Shown here piece after piece: positions 38,714 to 51,586 of a DNA stretch of 64,000 nt. A program made the position numbers and the translations under genes. The notes beneath the pieces were generated by a model. That model did not search any database, was not told the origin of the DNA, and worked only from the letters and a program-made list of their open reading frames with translations. Every line of letters starts with the position of its first letter. Position 1 is the first letter of the stretch. The stretch comes from Chiloscyllium plagiosum (Eukaryota). The stretch covers positions 78,542,935-78,606,934 of the forward strand of contig NC_057718.1 in the NCBI RefSeq assembly GCF_004010195.1, in the 5' to 3' direction.

Positions 38714-41324
38714 CAAGTTAGACCAAAAGGCTTATGTCCCTGCTGTACATCTCAATGACTTGATGCTTGTTTTATATTCCTCAGGGGCCTTGTCTGATTT
38801 CAATTTCCCAAACCTTACATATGTTTCCTTTCCTTTCTTGACTAAATTTTCAATATGTCTTGTCATCAATGGCTTCCAAGTCTTGCCATCCTTATTTTTC
38901 ATCCTTACAGGACAATGTTGGTCCTGAACTCTGATCAATTGGCCTTTAAAAAAACTTCCATATATCAGAAGTAGATTTACCATCAAACATCTGCCCTAAA
39001 TCTAATTTCTCCAGTTCCTTTCTAATATTGTTGTGATTAGCCTGTCCCCAGTTTAACCATTTCAATCAAGGACCAGTCTTATCCTTGTCCATAACTAGCT
39101 TAAAATGTATGTAATTATGATCACTGTTCCCAAAATGCTCTTCCACTGAAATATCAATCACCTAGTCATGCTCTTTCCCCAGTACAAGGTTTTAGTATGA
39201 TTGCTTCCCGAGTTGGACTATCTATATATTATTTCAAGAAACTCTCCTGAATGTACCTAACAAATTATGCCCCATCTCAGGAACTAAGGGAGTCCCAACC
39301 AATATTGGAGAATTTAAAACCACCCACAACAAAAACCCTGTTGTTTTAAATATCTTTCCATGATCTGTTTTTATACCTTCTGCTGGCTGTCAGGAAGCCT
39401 ACAGTATAATCCCATCATAGCAATTGTACCTTATTTATTCCTGAATTCTACCCATATGGCCTTTTTGGATGAGCTCTCCAAAATATCTTCTCTTAGTGCA
39501 GATGTGACATTCTCCTTAATCAATAATGCAACACCCTTACCCTTTTGTACATCCCTTTTCATCATGTCTGAAACATCTGAACCCTGGAATGTTGATCTTG
39601 CCCTTCTCTCAACTAAGCTTCTGTGATGGTGACAAAATCATTGATTTTATTGATGGCTTTTAGTGATATCACTCTTCCCTCAATCAGGAAGTTGGGCATG
39701 CACTTTCTTCTCCCTGCGTACACGTGTCTTCGCCCCCGCACATAATCTTTTCCCTCAATCCAATCTCTTATTGCTCTCTCAATTCTGCTCCCAATGGTAC
39801 TGTACAGTTTGTCATTACTGACACCTCTCATCTACAATTGTAAATTGCAGGCTCTAAGCTTATCTGCCTTACTTGTTGTACAGACTGCACTGAAGTACAG
39901 TTCAGACCGCCAATCCCATGTTCATTAGCCTGGTCCTGTCTGTTCATCCTGTTAGACTTATTTGACAACCTCTACCTTCTCCTCAATCACTGTACATACT
40001 GACCTACTGCTCTGGTTCCCAGCTCTCTTTTACACCAGTTTAAGTCCTCCCGAGTGGCACTACTACACTAATATACAATCAGTTATGTGTAACATATTAA
40101 ACGCTTTGGGATTTTGAATGTAAGATGTGGCTTATTGATAACATGCTTCCCTGAGTCAGAAGTTTGGACATGCACTTTCTTCTCCCTTATGTACCCGTGT
40201 CTTCCCCGCTGCACACAATCTCTTCCCTCAATGCAATCTCTTCTTGCTTTCTCAACTCTGCTCCCAATGGTACTATACAGGTTGACATTATTGACATCTC
40301 ATGGCGTCTGCCACCTCTGCCAGTACCTGACACGAGGTAAGGATTATTTGAGGTAGTTCAGTGACACTTTGTCTATTATGTAGTTAGGACCTATCTAATG
40401 ATTAATAGTGGATGATATTCCACTGTAGAGCCTTTTCAGAAGAGGAATTTGTTTTAGTTGGCAAAGTGGTTTATTGCATCATAGCAATAAGTGTAACTAC
40501 ATTACTAGTCAGGCAATATTTACTAGGATTCTCAAGAGCTGGATGGTATTCACCTGGTCTCTGCAAATGCTCATGTGGTACTGCCTTAATCCAAAAACTG
40601 GATTACATTATCAGAATAAATGCAGATTATACAACTTCAACATTCACTCTTCCAAAATTATTATCTTATACAACATTCCTTGTGATTGCTTCAACACTTT
40701 GCCTGATCTGTTCCCCCATTGATTTAATCTTTCCCAGTGTCCAATTGCCCCATGGACCATCTCTTCCATTTCCCATTGCAGAATTCATTCTATGCTCCAC
40801 TTGCAAACTTCTATCTCCAAGCGTATATGATCTCCAGGTTGAATTATTGTCTCTCCCTGACCACTTGGTGATCTATCCTTATCTCTGCAAACATAGACGG
40901 GAGTTGACCCTGTCAGCAATCAGAAAAAGGGCAAATAAAAAGGGCACAGTAGCAGCATCAGACAGGGATATGGGATGCAATTGCCCTCATTGTCCAGAAG
41001 CTATATCAGTTCAGTGAATCATGAAACCATCTAGATGCATCCTCATGGAGAGCCAGGCCCAGCACCTTGACCAGTTACTGAAAAATGCACACTTCCACTT
41101 CATTTCCACCCATTGGTTCCCAGTACTGGAGCAGGTGACAAGGGGGAGCCATGAAGCACACTCTGTCGGAGGTGGAACTACACACCGACCGCTTTGCCCA
41201 TTCCACAGACATTGTTTGGTGTTCATCCTGCCTGCCCTCCTCCAACCCTTGGACACTTACATAAAGGACAGTCATCATGTCTTTGGCAAGAAGAACCTTG
41301 CATGTTTGGCCTGATAAACACAAA

Positions 41325-41538
41325 GGAGAAAGTGAGGTCTGCAGATGCTGGAGATCAGAGCCGGAGATGTGTTGCTGGAAAAGCGCAGCAGGTCAGGCAG
41401 CATCCAGGGAACAGGAGAATCGACATTTCGGGCATAAGCCCTTCTTCAGGAAGAAGGGCTTATGCCCGAAACGTCGATTCTCCTGTTCCCTGGATGCTGC
41501 CTGACCTGCTGCGCTTTTCCAGCAACACATCTCCGGCT
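41325..41538 (-). mobile_element. Young Penelope-like fold-back insert, family B, hammerhead at the apex
   Basis: Perfect 14-bp TSD CTGATAAACACAAA; 93-bp arms with one mismatch. Confidence 0.88.
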
Positions 41539-43679
41539 CTGATAAACACAAATGTCACTGTGATAAGACAACCAAACTTCTCGGGTCAACATGTTGAACA
41601 ATTGAATGGTTGTTCTCTCCCCCATAGCTGCTGAACCAGGTAGTATACTAAAACATAGTGGGAGTGAAATAAGAAAACATATTGAGGGCACAATGGTGGC
41701 ACAAATGTTAAAAAAAGTCTGTCATACTGAGTTCTTGCATAAATGTTCCTGATGTTAGCATTCATATGGCTATGAGTCTCTCTGTGTAAGCACTAAGAGC
41801 ATGTTCACACCATCCAGCAGCATTACATAGAGAAAGCTCCAGGAATGGAGGTCTATGATGCAACCCAACTCCACCTTTTGGAAACAGGAGGCACAAAGCA
41901 TACCCATAGCATTGGTTCATGGTAACACTTTGTCCCTCCTCATTCAACATTATTAATATTTGGCTTTCTCTGTGCAGAAAGATGTAGCTGTCAAAGAATT
42001 GTCCAGCAGTGGCTAGACGATAAAGGTGTAACATACAGAGAGCATGTAGATGGCCAGGGCAATAGGCACCAGCTTGTGGCCAATGTCCTTCCCCTTTAAA
42101 AGCCCTATGCTCGGTTTTTGCAGCATCCCTCTCCCATATAGTTTGAGTCACTTACCCTGACCACTTAAGAGTGTTCTTGAAGCCATTTTCTTCCCCATTG
42201 CATGTGACTAACTCACAACATGATGAAGGGCAATAACAAGTGCTCCTCTGCTAGTGACCTCCATCCTTAGTCTTAAATGGTGAGTCCCCAAACATCCGCA
42301 TACCTCCGAGTAACCCATCCCATTAACCCCACAGGCTTCACACTTCCCTAAGTCCCTCAGCTCCTGTCTACATGAGCCTGCACCTGTCAACTATCCCAGC
42401 CACCCCTAAGCAAATGAAGTGACAATGCTTAGTGTGGTAATTTACCATGCCTCAACACCACTCCGCCTCCCCCCCCGCCCCGCCACTGAGGCTAGGGAGA
42501 TCCTAACCATGGATAACACTCCTCTCTCATGTTACTCCCTTCTCTGCCATGCTTTACTGTATCACGCCCTTGCAAACCCTGCTGCCCCTCTTCACAATTG
42601 TACTGCACCCTTGACCAAAGCTAGGAGTCCTGGGACACAAACAGTGACTTGCTGAGGCTCAGTTCTACAGGAACAGCCACACTCGCCCTCACACCATTCC
42701 GCTTCTCCCTTATTTTCTGTGGGTAGACTCAATCTTGTCCTACTCCCCTCAACAAATATGACCGGATAACCCTGGGTAAGGCAAGCCAAAACCTCTGACT
42801 GGCGTCTGTACATCTCCCTGACCTGCATGGTAGACTTGTCGCTTTGAGCCAATGGACAGATTGTAACCCACTCCCTGGACTTCAGAGGCACGGACCTCCA
42901 ACCTGGAACACCCCAACCTGATGCCTGACTTTGGCAATTCCATTGAATGATTTGGGAGACTGCTATGGAAGACCACTCTATACTTAGAGAGCCTGAACCC
43001 CCTGACCTACCCCCTCCCCCCTCCCGCTTCCCCCCTCCAGACTGAGGATGCTCAGTAGCAAGGTAAGCTGTTTGTTTTGTGATTGTGCTAATTGGTACAG
43101 CAAGGAAGGCAAGGAAGTTGCTTAGCAACCAGGTGTGAAAAAAGCAAGCATCCAAGATGCAGCCTAGTTCAGTCTGCAATCTGTCCCTCACACAAAATGC
43201 TTCTGCTGCATTTCAATGCTAGTTTCTAGTGCATGCTGCAATGCACTGCCAATGCCAAGTAGAAGTGCCAGGATAGTTTTGATCAATTTTGCCTTTCCAA
43301 GGATTTGCACACATTGGTTGGCATGCGATCACTGCTTGCAGCATGGACTTCCGATTTCAGAAGATGCTGCCATGCATGGACCTTGGAGATCTGTGCAGGA
43401 GAAAACAAATAGTGGGGACACTTGGTTTAATGGGTTGGCAGATGCCAGAAGCCTATTGTCCACGAGTGGGATGGGTACATTTGGTGCCAATCAAATGTGC
43501 CCTAGGCTATGGTTTGGTTGCAAGCAACATGGTCATTCAGAGCAAGTGGTGAGCTGAAATCATTCTGGCCTCCTTGTTGAGTTTTCCTGACATCTAGCCT
43601 GTTTGGCAAGTTTAATAAAGTGCAAAGGTAAGTATTAATGAATCGAGCTGTGGTCTTAAATATGTGGTGATACCTATCA

Positions 43680-44795
43680 TAGAGTCATAGAGATGTACAG
43701 CACAGAAACAGACCCTTCAGTTCAACTAGTCCATGCCACCAGATATCCCAACATAATCTAACCCACTTGCCAACACCTGGCCCATATTCCTCCAAACCCT
43801 GACTATTCATATTCCCATCCAGATGCCTTTTAAATGTTGCAATTATACTAGCCTCCACCACTTCCTGGCACATAGCTACTTAGCAAAAGTCTCATCACAT
43901 CACCAGTGCAAAGTATAAAAGATGATGCGCGATGATCTTGATATCAAGATGGGTGTCATTAGACTTCTTATCTGATTCTACCACAAATCTAATTCTTTAC
44001 TCTTTCTATAGATGTTGGTGGACCTGAGGAACCAATATTTTTTGTTACAATTTTTGATTTCTAGCATTCCTTGTTTTCTGTGTTTCAATTTATTTAATTT
44101 AGTCCCTTTACCATAATAAAACATCTCATCACTTCATAAAGGTATGAGGAAACAAAATATAACACCCTCGGCCACATCGAAATGTTTTAAGGAGTATCTT
44201 AAAAGAGAAAATCAAGATCGAGAGAGGCAGAGAGTTGAAGAGAGGGAATACAGCATATGGCTTAGGCAGTTGAAGGCATGACCACCAGATGTGGAGCAAT
44301 TAAAACCAGGCATGCTCTAGAGGCCAGAATTAGAAATGATTTACAAGGATGTTACCAGGGCTGGAGTGCTTGAGTTATAAGGACAGGCTGGATTGGCTGA
44401 GGTTTTTTTTCCCTGGAGGTTGAAGGGTGACCTTATAAAGATTTATCAAATCAAGAGGGGTGTAGATAAGGTGAATAGCAAATGTCTTTTCCCCAGTGTA
44501 GGGAGTACAAAACAAGAGAGCATATTTTTAGGTTGAGAAGGGAAAAAGTTAAACAGGAGCTGAGGGGCAACTTATCACACAGAGAGAATGAACTGCCTCG
44601 GAAGTGGCAGACGTAGGCACAGTTACACATTTAAAAAACATTTGGACAGGCAAATGGGTAGCAAAAGTTTGGAGGGATGTGGGTCAAATGTTGCCAAATG
44701 TAGGCAAATGGGATTAGTTTTAGTTTGGGAAACTTGGTCAGCATAGACGAGTTGGATCGAAGGGTCTGTCTCCATGCTATGGGACTCTATGACTC
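43680..44795. mobile_element. CR1 3' fragments (43680-43870 minus, 44336-44795 plus) with an L2-like piece between
   Basis: CTATGACTC tails; similarity to 31200-31413. Confidence 0.75.
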
Positions 44796-45295
44796 GATCT
44801 CGTCACAGCCCACGTTGATCAGATCCCTATAAAATTCCATCAGTTATGTGCCACTACAAGGGGAAACATCCTGTTGGCATCTACCAAGATGAGTCCCTTC
44901 AAGAAATTGTAAGCCTAATAAGATTATGTCTCATTCTTCTAAACTACAAAGGATTCTAGCCCAAGCCTTCCTTGGACAACTTCCCCACCACATCCAGGTA
45001 TCAGTGAAGTGAATTTCCTTTTAACTGCTTCAAATATTTGCACCTTTGCTGTCCCCGTATTTTTAGGCAACCCATCTACTAGTGACCCTAAATCCTGCTA
45101 TCACACTGCCTCCTCAGAAATATTGAGGCATTTGGTTCTATGATTTGGAAGTGATCCCATCATTATTTGTTGAGTCATCCATAAACTTCCTTCAAATTTT
45201 CTTTTCAAAAATAACATTTCTCATGTGAGAGTTATAATTGTATTAACTGATAAAATTCTGTGTCTGAGTTCTCAAATTAACATTTTTACCTCCAG

Positions 45296-45550
45296 GCCTA
45301 GGGTCCAAGTTGATGACAGTTCACAGTCCAGGCTGACGATCAATGTTGGGTTTGAGTTGGTATCACTCTGGGGATCAGGTTGATTTCAATCCAGATTATT
45401 GTCAGTCTGGGGTCTGAATCAACACTTAGTCTGGGGCCCACGTCAATTCTTAATCTGGGATCTGAATTGATGCTTCCTCTGGGGTCTGTGTTGATGCTCA
45501 GCCTCGGGTCTGAGTTATTGCTCAGTTTGGCATCTGAGTCAATGTTTTAG
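45296..45550 (+). repeat. Degenerate 24-bp minisatellite, about 10 units
   Basis: Units such as CTGGGGTCTGAATCAACACTTAGT and CTGGGGTCTGTGTTGATGCTCAGC. Confidence 0.75.
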
Positions 45551-46074
45551 CTCGAGTCACCATTTTGTCAACTGAAGAGATTTAACAAATAGACGCCTAC
45601 CTCAGTTTCATAAATACAGGGGTGTAACCACATGCATTGCAAAAAATCTTAGCGTCATTCTCTTAGGTATTTGTTCAATTGCTAGAATTGTAGTCTCAAC
45701 TTCCTGGGAGCTCCTGTCATTTAAACAGAGTTTAATGAATTTCCAACCAGCTTCCTAGATTATCGCTGGAGCAGCAAAGAAGATTCAGGCCAAGATATAT
45801 TTGGGAAAGGAAACCTCCCAATATAAACAAAACCAGAAATTGCTGAGCCTCTCCAGCAATTTCTGTTTTTAATTCGATACAAATTTCCAGTATCTGCAAC
45901 TGTTTAAATTCACTCCTCTCAGCATGGACTTGTATCATGGTTATAGCAACGTAAGTCCAAAATTTACACAGATAATCAGGTGATATAACAAATTACCTCT
46001 GCAACATGATTTTGGAAATGTGAACATGTGAGCTTCAAAAGGTTGGGGATATAAACTGTTCTATTGTCTACCAG

Positions 46075-46187
46075 GAACTTTGCTGTTGCTGCGTGTGGAG
46101 TGCTGTGTGACATCGGAGGAGTTGTTTCCCCTTTTATCGTATATAGGTTGGCTGCTATCTGGATTGAAATGCCTCTTGTAGTATTTG
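46075..46187 (+). CDS. SLC22A2: SLC22A2-like exon 9
   Basis: NFAVAACGVLCDIGGVVSPFIVYRLAAIW (OCT-specific Asp in CDIGG); GTGAGT donor at 46188; 113 nt. Confidence 0.93.
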
Positions 46188-46342
46188 GTGAGTATACTGA
46201 GCTCAGATTAAGTCTTTGTTATATGGGTGTAAATCATTACATGACGTGAAAGATGCTCCCTTATAAATGTGACAAATCTCAAATTTATTCTTTTTAGTGG
46301 TTTTCTCAATGCTTCTTTTCTTTCCCTCTATTTTTCTCATTT

Positions 46343-46695
46343 AGAGTAGAATCCCTACAGTGTGGAAACAGGCCATTTGGCCCAACAAGTTCACACTGAC
46401 CCTCCGGAGAGTAACCTTCCCAGACCCATTCCCCTACCCTATTACTCTACATTTACCCCTGACTAATGTACCTAACCTGCACATCTCTGAACACTCTGGG
46501 CAATTTAGCATGGCCAATTCATCCAACCTGCACATCTTTGGACTGTGGGAGGAAACTGGAACACTCGAACGGAACAAAAGCAGACACAGGCAGAACGTTC
46601 AAACTACACATAGACAATCACCCAAGGCTGGAATTGAACCTGGGTCCCTAGCACTGTGAGGCAGCAGTGCTATCCACTGAGCCAGTATGCTGGCC
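46343..46695 (-). mobile_element. HE1-type SINE
   Basis: Reverse complement of the 24744-type copy. Confidence 0.88.
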
Positions 46696-47614
46696 TGTGA
46701 ACTGAGCACAAACAGGGTTATTTTGATTCTTATGCTGACCACATGTCTGCCACTGTCAAAGACTGGATGTAAAATTCAACCTGTGCGTTGACCTCTTTGG
46801 AAATTGCTGGAATGCTTGAGCTTCCGAATAGTAATTCACCTAATCCCCAGTACCCTCTACAAAAATCCCTATGTTAGATTTGGCGACTTCCATGGTTCTT
46901 ATCTGGATAATTGCTCAGAAGTGTTAGGCACAATAAAACCTAGTCTTCTTTCCACCCACTCAGGTAATCACTCACACTGACCCCTTTCAGACCTCTTTTG
47001 ACCCCTGACCCAACCAAATAACCCCTGAACTCCCAACTTTCCTTCTCACACCATCCCATCACTGATTACCCGACAAACCCTGCATAACCCTGGACTAACC
47101 AACCTGAGACCCCCATCACCCAAATACCTGCAGTCCATGTACCCACACCATCCTAACCAGATATCATCTCACCCACCTATCTATTCACTAACATTCACAC
47201 AGGAGACTTGAACTTACCATGCAACAGCTAGTGTTGTAAGAGGGTGTGTCCTGTCTGGCACTGGCATCACAAAGGAGTTCTTCATGAATGCTGTGCTCTG
47301 TATTTCTGAAAGATGCCAGGCTCCAAAGACCTGGGGTGGAATGCAAAGCATAATAAGCTATTGAAATGTTCGAGTGGAGCGGTAACCTAACAATGATTGC
47401 TGGTTCGTGGAAGATCTGGGCTAATATTTCATTTGGGATGAGGACTGTGTGTCTTGTAATACACAAAACTCTGTACTTGTGTTGATATTTTGAAATTTTG
47501 AAAAAAAACTTGCTCTAAACCAATTTTTCGACATTATTTAAATTCCTCTATGTCTGATATCTGTTTCTTTACATATTTTTTCCCTCTATTGAATCTCTGT
47601 AAATTTATTCACAG

Positions 47615-47714
47615 GGGTGACTGGTTTGATTGCTGGTGTCCTAGTGTTACTCTTACCTGAAACAAAGGGAGTTCCTTTACCAGATACCATTGAGGATGCA
47701 GAGAACATTAGAAG
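47615..47714 (+). CDS. SLC22A2: SLC22A2-like exon 10 (probable GC donor)
   Basis: [32 protein letters not shown] (LPETK motif); 100 nt followed by AAG|GCAAGT. Confidence 0.88.
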
Positions 47715-48879
47715 GCAAGTAAAATTACACTTACAGGAGCACTGTAATTACTCAGTCCTGTGTTATTCCAATGCCAATGATCAATTCTGAGAGTAGTGGT
47801 GCTTGTTAATAACCGATGCCTCAATAGCAGATTCTGCTGAAATGGAGATAGATAGAATGCTTCCAGAACTTTCTCCGAACTGCTGTTTCTTCTTCTTTCC
47901 TTGGGATCAAAGATGTTTCTGCTGTGGTTCAATGGGTTTGCAGATGACTGATTTCCATGAAGCAATTTGTTGAGTCTTTCACATTCAGGGCAGGTTGCTC
48001 TTCAGTTACCTTGTACTTGAAACCAATATTGCTACCTGCACATTCAAATACTTGTTTGGAGTTTGTTAGACTGTGGTTCTCTGCGCATCTACTGTCCCTG
48101 AGTTGGCTTGCTCCTTATATCACTAAGTAAAGCTCTTCAATTTACTGTAACACTTTTATTTACACCGATGCAAATCTCAAGTGGAATATCTAAGATGTCA
48201 CGCTACACATGCTTGTTCTTTGCCTTCACTCTCCATTTCAGAATAGATCAATCTGTTAAATTGGATAGGCAAAATATGTCCAGAACAGCTCACTCTACCA
48301 TAATTTTAATGGGCCAGATAGAAGAGGTTTTTGGAGATTTGTGTGCCGTCTGATACCTCAACTTCCTCTGTCTGTTCCCAACTTGTTTTGTTTGTGCCTT
48401 CATAAATTGTCTCTAATATAGCGATCACAAGCCAAGGACTCCCATGAGTTGGTGGGGATGTTTGACCTTTTCAGGGATCCTTTGACACATTTCAAACTGT
48501 TTCCTTTGTCCTGGGAGTTTTCTGCCATGCCAGAGCATACAAACAACATGTCCTGCCCAGCAGAGTCGATTTTGAATGATTAGCATCTTAATACCAGGCA
48601 TGTTGACATGGGAGACGATACTGCAGATGGGCCATCTTTCTTGTCATGGATTTGACTATTAAAACATGAACTAAGATTATGGATTATTGGGGTCACAATT
48701 CCTATGCTCCAGTATGGTTCAGAGACTTGGAAAATCTACATCAATAGTCAAAGCACTAGAGAAATTACTTTTCAACTATTTACTTAATGCCTGATATTTG
48801 AATGTGTTCAGGACTGACATGCTTTCTGGTTATATTGTTTATTAATTGTTCAACTGGTTTGTCAGGAAAATTGAGCCCT

Positions 48880-48948
48880 ATTCCGGATGAAGGGCTTTTG
48901 CCTGAAACGTCAATTTTCCCGCTCCTCGCATGCTGCCTGACCTCCTGA
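48880..48948 (+). mobile_element. Penelope-like fragment, family B (core mutated to CGGATGA)
   Basis: Similarity to the 38584 copy. Confidence 0.7.
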
Positions 48949-50410
48949 AATTTAAGAGTGACAGTTTCAGAGCTTTTGAATGCAGGTATACAAATCATAG
49001 TTAATGCCAATCGTGCCCTCCACGATTGTTTCTCACCACAGTTCCAGAGATAAAGACAATCCTAAAGGTCCCGTTATTACTCTCATTCTTAAAAAAAGAA
49101 TTCCAAGAGTGCTGCTAGCATGGATCATATTTGTTGTCTATCCCGAGGTGACTGAGAAGTTGGTGGTGAACCTCCTTGAGCTGTTACAGTCTGTGTAGTT
49201 AAGCTACTTCCATGCAGCTTTTAGGTTGGCAATACCTGGATATGATCCAGCAAAGGTGAAGGAATGTCAAAATGTGTCTAATTCAGGATAGTGTCTCCTG
49301 AACACCACTGTTCTCATATGACTGCTTGCCCTTGACCTTCTAGAGGAAAGAATTTGAGAGATGTTTTTAAGACAATTTGCTGAGTTGGTGAACTACATCT
49401 TGCGTATGATATATCTTTCTGCCATGTGGCACTGTGAAAATGGTAGACAGTGTGCATGTTACAATAATAGAAGGAGTTTTAATCAACTTAGTTATTTTGT
49501 CCTGAATGATCTTGAGCTTCTGGAGTGATGTCATAACTGCACCACCCCTTCCAAGTGGAGAATACTTTATAATTTTAACTGTCCAAACAGGTTAATTCAG
49601 CTCTTAATTAAATTGAAATAAACCAATTTCTCTGGAAAAATTCTGGCAAATGACCTTAACACTTAAATTTTGAAATTGTTCTGAAATTCAAGTAACAAAC
49701 GACAGGCCATTCAGAAGCTTGAGAAGTCACCATTACCCAGTAGGGGTCAAATGTCCAAGATCATGTTTGTAACTGGCTTTGAACAATCAAATTTCTTGCG
49801 TTAATGTCCTGGGAGATTGCAAATAAAAACAATGAAATGGGTGATTGGGAAATAATTGTGCACTATAGTTAGTTAATGACTGAACTTTAATTCAGACCTC
49901 ACAGAGAAAACCAATGTAATTTCTTTTCAAATATGAAATGGCACTCCACTAATGGACTTAAATCTCAGTTAGACAAGAATTGATGTTTAACTTGCCTAAA
50001 TCTCAAAATTTCAGATATCATCTTTGACCCATCATTGATATAGGCGTCATTGCATTCCCCACCACTGTACTGGAACAGCAAGCCAATGCCACAGACATCA
50101 TTATTGTGCCTCCATTGAATGATTGCTACTGAGTTGCTCATCACACTTTTTACTTCACTCACTACTTCATTTGCCACCCGGTTCATTATCTGACTAGCTG
50201 CCCCACTGATGCCTCATTGCCATTATCATCCACATTCCTTATTCTTCCCTCCTCATCTCCACCCTTCCACTTCACCACTGGGGAGTCGATAATAACAAGG
50301 CAGTAGGTTGTTGAATTGGCGTACAGCAGTAAGGGGTCCAGAGTTTGACAGCCAGTGAGATCGTGCATGGAGAAGTGAGTGACGCGGCAAATAGGGTGTC
50401 CAAGTGTTAG

Positions 50411-50622
50411 ATATGGAAATGTGTTGCTGGAAAAGCGCAGCAGGTCAGGCAGCATCCAGGGAACAGGAGAATCGACGTTTCAGGCATTAGCCCTTCTTCA
50501 GGAAAGGGCTAATGCCCGAAACGTCGATTCTCCTGTTCCCTGGATGCTGCCTGACCTGCTGCGCTTTTCCAGCAACACATTTCCATCTCTGATCTCCAGC
50601 ATCTGCAGACCTCACTTTCTCC
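50411..50622 (+). mobile_element. Young Penelope-like fold-back insert, family B
   Basis: Perfect 14-bp TSD TGTCCAAGTGTTAG; 83-bp arms with one mismatch. Confidence 0.88.
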
Positions 50623-51586
50623 TGTCCAAGTGTTAGGTGTGGGGCAGCAAGCAAAATGTGATCTCAGGATTATAAACTGGTGTTTTGGGATTCAATATTC
50701 TACAATAACTGCAATTCCTAACCGTGGTATTAGCTGGCAGAGTTAGAACACATAACATTCAAGACTGCGCTTTGCAGAACCATTTTTAAAACTTGGTCTA
50801 AAGACGTCTATCATGCAGGTGGACACTGCATTCTCCAACTCAATGAACACCCAAGTGTAGACCTGAGTGTGGAACATGGGCAGACAGTGAGGTACTATGA
50901 TCCCCTGCAAGGCCTGCTGCGTGCACCTATTAATGGATACATTGGCCCAGCCCTGGAGTAAGCCCCAATCTTCTACTTAAGCTTGCAATGAGAAGAATGC
51001 GACTGAAGTGATGTATTGGAAGTTAGCTGGCAGAGGAACTATACCCTCCAAGTCTGTTGTATTGCAAATTTGTATGTAGCAGGGCCTTGGTACTGGATAC
51101 ATCCTGGAGTAAGTGCCAGGAACAAACCTACCTTTAACTTCCACTACAGATCCAAGCAAAACTGCAGAGGTCTGATGGCAATGTCTTGTGATTTATCTGC
51201 GATTGGTAGGTACATAGACAGTAGATAGGGAGACCGAGCTGCGTAAATGGCCACAAACTACAGCATAACATTGTCCACCCATAGAATTATGAAATGTAGA
51301 AAAAATTACAGATACCCCATTCCCACCAAATTTGCTGCCCTATGTAAGGAGGCTGCACTTGATTAAAGAAGGTAATTTCTTGTTCTTCCATGGTTGAAGG
51401 CAGGATCCTAGCTTGGGTAGTATCTCACAAAACAGACCAACTTCCACCATTAAGTCTATTATCACCTTCTCCCCCACACACATGCGCACACAACACACAC
51501 CACCACACACACGTGACTAGGTGTTTCTGGACCCCAGGCTAATGTTTATCCTTGAGATGGCTCAGGAGTTTTCACTTTCAGCAGCC

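Larger units (their letters stand above)
36270..40050. mobile_element. CR1 fragments (36270-37290 minus, 37520-38760 plus, 38760-40050 minus endonuclease region)
   Basis: SGVPHGSVLG and FADDTKIGG motifs; 3' tails. Confidence 0.8.

Noticed and set aside
40412..41017. 201-aa plus-strand ORF
   Set aside because: No recognisable motifs or splice context; likely a chance open frame.
41325..41538. Palindromic inserts as DNA-transposon MITEs or miRNA genes
   Set aside because: Variable 7-16 bp TSDs, asymmetric tails and many non-palindromic copies fit retrotransposition; there is no small-RNA evidence.
45296..45550. CRISPR-like array
   Set aside because: Eukaryotic intron; contiguous degenerate units without unique spacers and no cas genes.
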